Virus record (IMG/VR): IMGVR_UViG_3300029130_000018
Strand: one strand, 5' to 3'
DNA from: a virus
DNA length: 43,040 bases
The notes under the pieces are model-generated. The model worked only from the letters and a program-made list of their open reading frames with translations, was not told where the DNA came from and did no database searches. The position numbers were made by a program, and so were the translations under genes. Positions 33,010-39,420 of this stretch are shown one piece after another (within the stretch, counting starts at the first letter, position 1; each line of letters starts with the position of its first letter).

Positions 33010-33654
33010 TCAATAGGACAAGTCGGGGAAGCCATAAGAGTTTTGCTCGTGGATTCCCACTTCTTCAGAGTTAAGCGTGAGCTTATTTGCCCATACTGCA
33101 AGCGTCAGCGGAGTTTTGGGAGATGCGGTGATGTCTGCCGCGGCAGACCAGTATTCTGTACTATCACCGAATAAATAGCCGCGGTCGTCATTCCATAGGC
33201 CGCACCAGTTAGCCCCACTTCCCGCCGCGCAGTATATTTTGTAGCTTCCTTCCGGAATAGACAATTCGACCGTTTGACCTGAACGAACATAAAACGCGAT
33301 GTCATCGGTTGGCGCGTCGCGGAAAGGATTCTTGTTGTCTTTGCTTTTGCGCTGGTCATTCTGGGATACATATTTGAAATATACTACATAATCATACCCC
33401 TCGGACGCAGAAACACTTACGGAACAATTACTTTCATATGACGCAGACCGGAAGACATGCCCATTCGCTTCGCGGGCTGCAACTGCCCTGTCGGGGCGCG
33501 GCGTCTGCACTTCAGCCGATGGAGATTCAACCGGCGGTGGAGTGGCAAGCTCAGCGCCATCTCGAAAAACTGCTTGCTTTAAATACGGCAGCGCAGTGAG
33601 AACAACTGCGACGACCGACAAAAAGAAAGTGATCATCGGCAAGGCTTTCTTCAT
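33010..33654 (-). CDS. Exported/membrane-anchored protein, possible superinfection-exclusion factor
   Basis: Signal-anchor segment ALPMITFFLSVVAVVLTALPYL, a Pro-rich linker and a ~150-aa beta-rich domain. G+C is lower than in the flanks. Confidence 0.6.
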   Translation of the reverse strand: MKKALPMITFFLSVVAVVLTALPYLKQAVFRDGAELATPPPVESPSAEVQTPRPDRAVAAREANGHVFRSASYESNCSVSVSASEGYDYVVYFKYVSQNDQRKSKDNKNPFRDAPTDDIAFYVRSGQTVELSIPEGSYKIYCAAGSGANWCGLWNDDRGYLFGDSTEYWSAAADITASPKTPLTLAVWANKLTLNSEEVGIHEQNSYGFPDLSY

Positions 33655-33799
33655 CTCTCTAATCACCTTCTTTCATTCATAAATTATACATATTTTAGCA
33701 CGAATAACCGGTATATTCCATACCGGTTTTCCAGTTCTACGTTATTTACAAATAAAATGCACCAAAACAATGCAAAATGACGATAAACGGGGGGAAAAC

Positions 33800-33910
33800 A
33801 TGGAGAACGAACGGGAAATACTGATTGCGGAGCTTGAAAAGCTGGCGGAGAAGCTGACATACGAACAGCTGAGGTCGGTGTACATCTTCACACTTCAAAA
33901 AACAAAATAA
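33800..33910 (+). CDS. Possible small ORF (36 aa)
   Basis: GGGGGG 6 nt before the ATG (MENEREILIAELEKLAEKLTYEQL...). Weak evidence. Confidence 0.3.
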   Translation: MENEREILIAELEKLAEKLTYEQLRSVYIFTLQKTK

Positions 33911-33914
33911 GCGG

Positions 33915-33956
33915 GAACAAGCCCGATACGGAAATCACTCCGTATCGGGCTTGTTC
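33915..33956. terminator. 18-bp perfect hairpin, bidirectional terminator at the 3' end of the repressor gene
   Basis: GAACAAGCCCGATACGGA-AATCAC-TCCGTATCGGGCTTGTTC. The minus strand continues T-rich (TTATTTTGTTTTTT). Confidence 0.6.
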
Positions 33957-34327
33957 AGTTTATCGGCGAGTCTTCGGAACACTGCGGAGAGCTCCTTCCA
34001 CTCTTCGACAGTGGTCTCGGCCATAAATTCAATGAGCAGCTGCTCAATATCCGAGCGCTTGCCCTCGGAGAGCTGGCCAATGTACTCATCTATAACGTCG
34101 CGCCGCGACTTCTTCGGGAACGGCTGACCGGTGCCGGTACGCAGCCACACCTCATCTACATTATATACTCGGCAGATATCCGCTATTGTGCGGTCGCTGG
34201 GGACTTTACGGCCGGAACAAAGCTCCGAGACGAAGGGACTCGACAAGCCGAGTTGCTTGGCAAATTCGTTGCGCTTCAGACCGAAGTGTTCAATGCAAAA
34301 AGAAATCCGTTCTGAGATAGTGCTCAT
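33935..34327 (-). CDS. CI-like repressor (XRE HTH, no peptidase domain)
   Basis: ERISFCIEHFGLKRNEFAKQLGLSSPFVSELCSGRKVPSDRTIADICRVYNVDEVWL. Transcribed divergently from the early promoter. AAAGGAGG RBS. Confidence 0.85.
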   Translation of the reverse strand: MSTISERISFCIEHFGLKRNEFAKQLGLSSPFVSELCSGRKVPSDRTIADICRVYNVDEVWLRTGTGQPFPKKSRRDVIDEYIGQLSEGKRSDIEQLLIEFMAETTVEEWKELSAVFRRLADKLNKPDTE

Positions 34328-34351
34328 TTTAACCACCTCCTTTCATAAAGA

Positions 34352-34380
34352 AGTATAAAGGCAGCGAGACAAAAAGTCAA
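34352..34380 (-). promoter_or_regulatory. Leftward (repressor) promoter TTGACT-17-TATACT
   Basis: -35 at 34380-34375 and -10 at 34357-34352 on the minus strand, ~18 nt upstream of the RBS. Confidence 0.55.
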
Positions 34381-34390
34381 GTAAAAAAAA

Positions 34391-34431
34391 TAGCTCAGCG
34401 AATTAAAAACACTTGACAAAGTAGCTGAGCG
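34391..34431. promoter_or_regulatory. Putative operators TAGCTCAGCG / TAGCTGAGCG (third, degenerate copy at 34462-34476)
   Basis: The two 10-mers differ only at the central base. One lies between the divergent promoters and the other lies in the spacer of the rightward promoter. Confidence 0.45.
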
Positions 34432-34441
34432 ATGCTAATAT
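34413..34441 (+). promoter_or_regulatory. Early rightward promoter TTGACA-17-TAATAT
   Basis: Consensus -35 at 34413-34418, a 17-bp spacer and -10 at 34436-34441. Confidence 0.65.
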
Positions 34442-34501
34442 GTAGCCAAGCTAATAAAATGTTAGCTGGAGTGAGCAATCAAACACATGAGAGGAGAACA
34501 C

Positions 34502-34801
34502 ATGATGATCAAAAAGGAAGCTAATCTGAGCGAGCGCATCAAAATGGTTAAGGCGATGGAGTTTATCTGCCGGCAGATAAACGACGAGGACGTATTTGAG
34601 TGCTGGCTCGTAAACGGCGTTGCAGACGACGACATCGAGTATGGCGATTTGAGCGTAAACACGACTGAGCCTGACGCGGCGCACTACGCAGAGAACGACG
34701 AACGGTTTGCCGACCTGATGGACACCTTCCTCTGGGTCATGAAGAAGGCAGGGAAAAGCGGCGGACTTTACTGCGACGGAGTGGTGAGCAAGGAAGAGTA
34801 A
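34502..34801 (+). CDS. Acidic early protein (99 aa), first gene of the rightward operon
   Basis: GAGAGGAG RBS (MMIKKEANLSERIKMVKAMEFICRQINDEDVFECW...). Many D/E residues. No HTH recognised. Confidence 0.65.
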   Translation: MMIKKEANLSERIKMVKAMEFICRQINDEDVFECWLVNGVADDDIEYGDLSVNTTEPDAAHYAENDERFADLMDTFLWVMKKAGKSGGLYCDGVVSKEE

Positions 34802-35153
34802 AAAACCGGGGCTTATCACATAAGCTGTGCGCATGGCGCGGTAGGGTGGGCGGCAGAGAAAGCGAGCGGGGCTGTAACCTCCGCAGGCTTCCTCTGCACA
34901 GGCTCCCAATCGGCCGCAGATATCTCCTCCGCTCAATTTACAGGATGCAAAGCAGCGCCTGATGGGCAGCGTCAACCCGGTGGATATCTCCTGTTACAGC
35001 AGGTGCTTAAGCCGGTTCCGTTCTTTCAGTGTGCGAGCTTCGCAGGCTTCATTCTCCTGCAAACTGAGAACGGGTTGCCGGGAGCAACAGGAAGGGCGAC
35101 ATTACGGAAGATATGACCTCTCCCATAAGCATCACCTCCTTTCGCTCCGGAGC
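34801..35153 (-). ncRNA. Candidate non-coding RNA, module A (strand provisional)
   Basis: Promoter at 35188-35160 and hairpin plus U-run at 34825-34801 on the minus strand. No credible ORF. Shares ordered blocks with module B. Confidence 0.4.
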
Positions 35154-35159
35154 AAGCCC

Positions 35160-35188
35160 ATCCTATCACGCCATGCGCACAGAGTCAA
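35160..35188 (-). promoter_or_regulatory. Leftward promoter TTGACT-17-TAGGAT (module A)
   Basis: Read on the minus strand. The spacer contains the 14-mer CTGTGCGCATGGCG, which is repeated in inverted orientation at 34825-34838. Confidence 0.45.
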
Positions 35189-35190
35189 AC

Positions 35191-35601
35191 AAAAAACGGG
35201 GCTTATGCGCCCCGCCTTAATGCAGCCGAGGACGGTCACAAGCCCGTGAAAATGCAGAGTGAGGACAAGGACGCCGAGAGAAAACCGGTGCATCGTCCAT
35301 ACACCGGTTTCCTCTGCACTTAGCTCCCGACACAGCGCAGATGCTTCCCTACACCAGAATTCAGCGCCGTTCCGATGCCAGAGAGGCGGTTGCGGAAGCG
35401 CAGGGGATGCGAGCCCGGGGAGCATCACTTGGAACGAACAAGTGCTTAGCTGTGTCTCAGTACTTCAACGCACGCGTCGCGCCCGGGGCAAGTACCGGGG
35501 CGGTGTACTGAATCAAGGGAGCGCCGGAGAGGCAGCATGAAAGAACCTAAGAGGCTTTCCATGACAACGTTTTTTTGATTGGTCGGTAAGATTACCGCGG
35601 C
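35191..35601 (-). ncRNA. Candidate non-coding RNA, module B (strand provisional)
   Basis: Promoter at 35636-35608 and terminator CGGGGC-GCAUAA-GCCCCG-UUUUUU at 35214-35191 on the minus strand. Several GC-rich local hairpins. Confidence 0.45.
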
Positions 35602-35607
35602 GTCCTT

Positions 35608-35636
35608 ATTCTACAAAAGATTTCAGAAAATGGCAA
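35608..35636 (-). promoter_or_regulatory. Leftward promoter TTGCCA-17-TAGAAT (module B)
   Basis: The minus strand reads tttcTTGCCAttttctgaaatcttttgTAGAATaagg. Confidence 0.5.
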
Positions 35637-35657
35637 GAAAAAAACGGAGGTGAAACA

Positions 35658-35804
35658 ATGAGCGAGCAGGAGAAAAAGGCGGCGAAGGAGCTGCTGGACG
35701 ACCTGAAGAAGATCCCGGCGGACGGCGCGGATTATATGCGCGGGTATATGCGGGGCAGGCTGGACGGCATCAAGAACCGCAAGGACAAGGAGGACGAGGA
35801 ATGA
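35658..35804 (+). CDS. Small hypothetical protein (48 aa)
   Basis: ACGGAGGTGA RBS and an ATGA overlap with the next gene. Translated by hand. Confidence 0.45.
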   Translation: MSEQEKKAAKELLDDLKKIPADGADYMRGYMRGRLDGIKNRKDKEDEE

Positions 35805-36097
35805 ACGAAGACCGTGCATATAGAGAACAGGGCACCGCGGCGTACCTAAAACTGCGAATACCATTCGACTATTCGAACTTAAAGAAGGAAATCGCCAAGC
35901 AGTACAAAACGCGAAGAGCCTTTGCACGGGCGATGGGGCTCCCTGAGAACTCGGTGTATCGGAAGTTGAACGGGAAAGCATACTGGAAGCAGCGAGAAAT
36001 CGTGGCGGCAAGCATGTTGCTTGACATACCGTTTTATCTGATGCCGGCTTATTTCTTCAACGTGGATACGAAGCGAGAAGAGGGAGGCACGACATGA
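35801..36097 (+). CDS. DUF739-like / Cro-type HTH protein
   Basis: FDYSNLKKEIAKQYKTRRAFARAMGLPENSVYRKLNGKAYWKQREIVAASMLLDIP...YFF. Confidence 0.7.
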   Translation: MNEDRAYREQGTAAYLKLRIPFDYSNLKKEIAKQYKTRRAFARAMGLPENSVYRKLNGKAYWKQREIVAASMLLDIPFYLMPAYFFNVDTKREEGGTT

Positions 36098-36315
36098 CCC
36101 TTGACGACATCGAGGCGATGACGGCGGCGACGATAAGCCCGGCACAGGCGGCAAGCGTGATCGGCTGCAACGAGCAGGCGCTGCGCATACAGGCGAGGGA
36201 ACGCCCCGAATGGTTAGGGTTTCCGGTTATCCGGATTAACAATCAGATAAAGATACCCCGCGAGGCGTTTTTGAGATACATGGGGCGGGGCGAGAGGGGG
36301 ACTGAGCGATGCTGA
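36094..36315 (+). CDS. Excisionase-family / HTH_17-type DNA-binding protein
   Basis: ISPAQAASVIGCNEQALRIQAR...PVIRINNQIKIPREAFLRYM. Confidence 0.6.
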   Translation: MTLDDIEAMTAATISPAQAASVIGCNEQALRIQARERPEWLGFPVIRINNQIKIPREAFLRYMGRGERGTERC

Positions 36316-36500
36316 GTCCATGCGTCAACTGCGAGGAGCGGGAGGCGGGCTGCCACGGGAGCTGCGGCGCATACAAGGAATGGCGCGAGCGCTACGACGC
36401 GGCAAAGGCCGCGAGGCGGAAAGGCTCCCCTGCTGCGGCGTACCTCTCGGCGTGGAAGCGCAAGAAGAAACTGCACGAGCAAAGACACAAGCGCAAATAA
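36309..36500 (+). CDS. Small Cys-rich basic protein
   Basis: CVNCEEREAGCHGSCGAYKEW followed by a Lys/Arg tail. Overlaps the upstream stop. Confidence 0.55.
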   Translation: MLSPCVNCEEREAGCHGSCGAYKEWRERYDAAKAARRKGSPAAAYLSAWKRKKKLHEQRHKRK

Positions 36501-36582
36501 AAAGCCGCCCACGGGCAGGAACCCCGTAAGGCGGCAAGGAAAACACATATCTATATCTTAGCACAGGAAGAAGGAAAAAGCA

Positions 36583-36798
36583 ATGGCAAATTGCGAGCTG
36601 CGGATGAACAAATTCGCAAATCTCACTCAAAAATACCCGATGCACCGCGACGGGCGCAAGACGCTGTACTTCGTGGTTGAGCATCAGCCGGATCACACCC
36701 GCGCCGGGTACGAGGTAGAGAGGGGCGGCAAAGCCGTACAGTTCGTTGACCTCACTGACGCGATCAAGTTCTTTAATGATGGGAGGCGCAGAAAATGA
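36583..36798 (+). CDS. Hypothetical protein
   Basis: 71-aa ORF with an AGGAAAAAG-type RBS. No family recognised. Confidence 0.5.
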   Translation: MANCELRMNKFANLTQKYPMHRDGRKTLYFVVEHQPDHTRAGYEVERGGKAVQFVDLTDAIKFFNDGRRRK

Positions 36799-36965
36799 CG
36801 CCGACGACGGCAGAGGTCGTTTTATGCGCGGTGCTGGGAATCCCGCTGGCGCTGGGGCTGCTGTGGGCGCTGTTTGTGGCGGCGCTGGCGGCCTACGACG
36901 ACTACCGCAAGGACTACAAGCGGAACCGGCTGCACCCTGAGCGCTACAACGGCTGGAACTACTGA
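36795..36965 (+). CDS. Small membrane protein (56 aa)
   Basis: ATGA overlap with the upstream gene. TM segment VVLCAVLGIPLALGLLWALFVAALAA. Translated by hand. Confidence 0.45.
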   Translation: MTPTTAEVVLCAVLGIPLALGLLWALFVAALAAYDDYRKDYKRNRLHPERYNGWNY

Positions 36966-36977
36966 GGAGGGATAAAC

Positions 36978-37085
36978 GTGTATCAGATACCGGACGACCC
37001 TATAATCCGCTGCATGGAGGCGACTGGCTGGCCGCCCTGGATGCAGGACGATGACAGCGACGAGGAGGACGAGGACGATGAATAA
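36978..37085 (+). CDS. Small acidic protein (35 aa, GTG start)
   Basis: GAGGAGGG RBS (VYQIPDDPIIRCMEATGWPPW...DSDEEDEDDE). Overlaps the next start. Confidence 0.35.
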   Translation: MYQIPDDPIIRCMEATGWPPWMQDDDSDEEDEDDE

Positions 37086-37632
37086 CCTCAGACTCTGGCG
37101 AGAGAGCCGCGGACTCAAGCAGACGGAGCTTGCGGCGCTGGTGAAGCCCATCGACGCAAGAATCGACAGCAGCATGATAAGCCGCTTTGAAAATGAGATG
37201 TGCCTGCCGACACCAAGCGTATCAAAGGCGCTTGCAAGCGCGCTGAACGTGCCGGAGAGCCTTTTATTCGGCGGGACAGAGCAGCTTTACATCTCCGGCG
37301 TAGTCGACGGAGAAGCCCGCGCAGAGCCGGAGAGCATGGACGTCACAGACCTGATAGCCCATTTCCGCGAGGCGGGAAAGGGCGCGGCGATAAGCCGTAG
37401 GGCGCTGGCGAGCATGATGGACGTATCCGACAGGCATCTGCGGCGGATCATCGAGGAGGCGCGGAACTGCGGCTACCTCATAATCAACGACAGCGACGGC
37501 ACGGGGTATTTCCTCGCGGCGTCCAGCGCCGACATTGAACGGCACTTCCGCCAGGAGAACGCGAGGGCGATGAGCATATTAAAGCGGCTGAAGGCCGCAA
37601 GAACGAGGCTGAAGGAGGTAAACATAATATGA
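37078..37632 (+). CDS. XRE-HTH protein with a C-terminal winged-helix-like domain
   Basis: LRLWRESRGLKQTELAALV...ISRFENE, then ISRRALASMMDVSDRHLRRIIEEARNCGYLIIN. Confidence 0.65.
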   Translation: MNNLRLWRESRGLKQTELAALVKPIDARIDSSMISRFENEMCLPTPSVSKALASALNVPESLLFGGTEQLYISGVVDGEARAEPESMDVTDLIAHFREAGKGAAISRRALASMMDVSDRHLRRIIEEARNCGYLIINDSDGTGYFLAASSADIERHFRQENARAMSILKRLKAARTRLKEVNII

Positions 37633-38117
37633 CCTTGTACGAAATAGACGAGGAAATACAGGAGCTTTTGAGCGAGGTAGACCCCGAAACCGGCGAGCTT
37701 ATCACGGACTATGCGGCGCTTGACGCGCTGCTCATGGAGCGCGAGGCGAAGATAGAGAACATTGTGCTCTTTATCAAGAACCTTTCCTCCGACGTGCGGG
37801 AGCTCAAGGCGGAGGAGGCCGCTCTTGCCGAGAGGCGGAAGAAGGCGGAGAAAAAGGCCGAGAGGCTGCGCGAGTATGTATCTCACGCGCTGGGCGGCGA
37901 AAGGTTCCAAACCCCGCGCTGCTGCGTGAGCTTCCGCAAGAGCACGGCGCTTGAGCTGGGCGAGGGCTTTACCGAGTGGGCAAAGGAACACGCCGACACG
38001 CTCCTGAGATATAAGGAGCCGGAGCCGGACAAGACGGCAATCAAGGCGGCGCTTGCGGGCGGCGCAGAGATTCCCAACGCAAAGCTCGTGCAGAACACCA
38101 CGATGACGATCAAATGA
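37629..38117 (+). CDS. Siphovirus Gp157-family protein
   Basis: MTLYEIDEEIQELLSEVDPETGEL...LDALLMEREAKIENIVLFIKNL...AEEAALAERRKKAEKKAERLREYV matches the Gp157 pattern. Confidence 0.8.
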   Translation: MTLYEIDEEIQELLSEVDPETGELITDYAALDALLMEREAKIENIVLFIKNLSSDVRELKAEEAALAERRKKAEKKAERLREYVSHALGGERFQTPRCCVSFRKSTALELGEGFTEWAKEHADTLLRYKEPEPDKTAIKAALAGGAEIPNAKLVQNTTMTIK

Positions 38118-38137
38118 CATAAGGAGGAAAACACATA

Positions 38138-38356
38138 ATGGAGAAAAAGACAAACACCGAACTGCTGGGCGACACCGTGATGATCGTCCCCGCGGCAGTG
38201 TACACGGACTACGTGGAACGGACGGCACGAGCCGAGACCCTGCTCGACCACATGAACGAGAAGGTCAGCGACCTGACCATCAAGAACTGGCGGCTGCAGC
38301 AGGACTTGGACAACGCGCTGGCGAAGCTGGCGGAGCTTGAGGGGGCGGCAGAATGA
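38138..38356 (+). CDS. Hypothetical coiled-coil protein
   Basis: AAGGAGG RBS. 72 aa. Confidence 0.55.
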   Translation: MEKKTNTELLGDTVMIVPAAVYTDYVERTARAETLLDHMNEKVSDLTIKNWRLQQDLDNALAKLAELEGAAE

Positions 38357-39024
38357 ACGAGACGGACAAGCTGAGATTCTACAACGCGACGGCGGAAGTC
38401 CCCCGCGAGGCGAAGAAGCCCATCGGCGGCGGCAGACTCAAGGGCATGACGGACATCAACCCAATGTGGCGCATCAAGAAGCTGACGGAGGTTTTCGGGC
38501 CCTGCGGCTTCGGGTGGTGGTACCGCATCACCGAACAGCAGATAGCCCGCGACGAGCACACCAAGCAGGCGGCGGCCTTTGCGAACATCGAGCTTTTCGT
38601 GCGGGACCCGGAGAGCGGCGAGGTATCACAGCCTATCCCCGGCACGGGCGGCGCGGCTTTCCTGGCAGCAGAAAAGAGCGGGATATATCTCGACGATGAG
38701 GCTTTCAAAAAGGCGACGACGGACGCAATCAGCGTAGCGGCGAAGGCGCTGGGCGTCGGAGCGTCCGTGTACTGGGAGCGTGACCCGGACAAGTACTCTT
38801 CAGAGCCCGCCGCACCGAAGGAGAAGCCGAGAGCGCCGGAATACATATGCGAATGCTGCGGCAGCGTGATAGCGCCATACAGGGACGGAGCGGGCAAGCC
38901 CGTGAATCTGGCCAAGCATGCGGAACGCAGCCTTGAGAAGTACGGCAAGCTGCTGTGCCTCGACTGCATAGCGGCGGAGGCGAGGACGCGGGAACTGAAC
39001 AATGGGCAGGAACTGCCGTTTTAA
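38353..39024 (+). CDS. Rad52/Sak-like single-strand annealing protein with a C-terminal zinc ribbon and an SSB-like ELPF tip
   Basis: GGGRLKGMTDINPMWRIKKLTEVFGPCGFGWWY and KKATTDAISVAAKALGVGASVYW are Rad52-family hallmarks. Also CECCG...CLDC. Confidence 0.75.
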   Translation: MNETDKLRFYNATAEVPREAKKPIGGGRLKGMTDINPMWRIKKLTEVFGPCGFGWWYRITEQQIARDEHTKQAAAFANIELFVRDPESGEVSQPIPGTGGAAFLAAEKSGIYLDDEAFKKATTDAISVAAKALGVGASVYWERDPDKYSSEPAAPKEKPRAPEYICECCGSVIAPYRDGAGKPVNLAKHAERSLEKYGKLLCLDCIAAEARTRELNNGQELPF

Positions 39025-39036
39025 GGAGGATACGAG

Positions 39037-39420
39037 ATGCTTAACAGGATATGCATAATGGGGCGGCTGACCGCTGCCCCGGAGCTGCGATACACACAAT
39101 CGAACACGCCGGTAGCGTCGTTCACGCTGGCGGTCGACCGCGACTACCAGCAGGGCGGCAGCGAGAAGCAGACGGACTTTATACCCTGCGTCGCATGGCG
39201 CGGCACGGCGGAGTTCGTAAGCAAATACTTCACCAAGGGCAGCATGGCCGCCGTTTCCGGCCGCCTGCAGCTCCGCGACTGGACGGACAAGGACGGCAAC
39301 AAGCGCCGAACGGCGGAGGTTGTCGCCGAGAGCGTGTACTTCGGCGAGAGCAAGAAGCGCGACGCGAGCCCCGACGTTCCGTTCGAGGAGATACCCGACA
39401 ATGGCGAGCTTCCGTTTTAA
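39037..39420 (+). CDS. ssb: Single-stranded DNA-binding protein
   Basis: MLNRICIMGRLTAAPELRYTQSNTPVASFTLAV...FIPCVAWRGTAEF...GRLQLRDWTDKDGNKRRTAEVVAESV, with the tail ...DNGELPF. Confidence 0.95.
   Translation: MLNRICIMGRLTAAPELRYTQSNTPVASFTLAVDRDYQQGGSEKQTDFIPCVAWRGTAEFVSKYFTKGSMAAVSGRLQLRDWTDKDGNKRRTAEVVAESVYFGESKKRDASPDVPFEEIPDNGELPF

Noticed and set aside
33706-33730. Hairpin AACCGGTAT-ATTCC-ATACCGGTT plus TTTT as a plus-strand terminator.
   Set aside because: No plus-strand gene lies upstream of it, and it sits in the promoter region of the leftward 33654 gene. Its role is unclear, so it is not annotated.
34825-35182. A retron-like msr/msd (flanking inverted repeats) or a DGR template region.
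   Set aside because: No reverse transcriptase gene exists anywhere in the 43-kb genome, and no TR/VR pair with adenine-specific differences was seen.
34962-35540. ORFs 34962-35249 (+), 35132-35428 (-) and 35259-35540 (+) in the early-region gap, and 34451-34975 (-) overlapping the first early gene.
   Set aside because: None has a Shine-Dalgarno sequence. Their composition is Arg/Ser/Cys/Pro-rich, unlike any real gene here. They overlap each other. The region shows RNA-like features instead: paired blocks, promoters and terminators.
35592-36011. 139-aa minus-strand ORF that could be read as the product of the leftward promoter at 35636-35608.
   Set aside because: It starts upstream of that promoter and overlaps two plus-strand genes that have RBSs and ATGA coupling (35658-35804, 35801-36097). 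It has no RBS and is Arg/Ser/Pro-rich.
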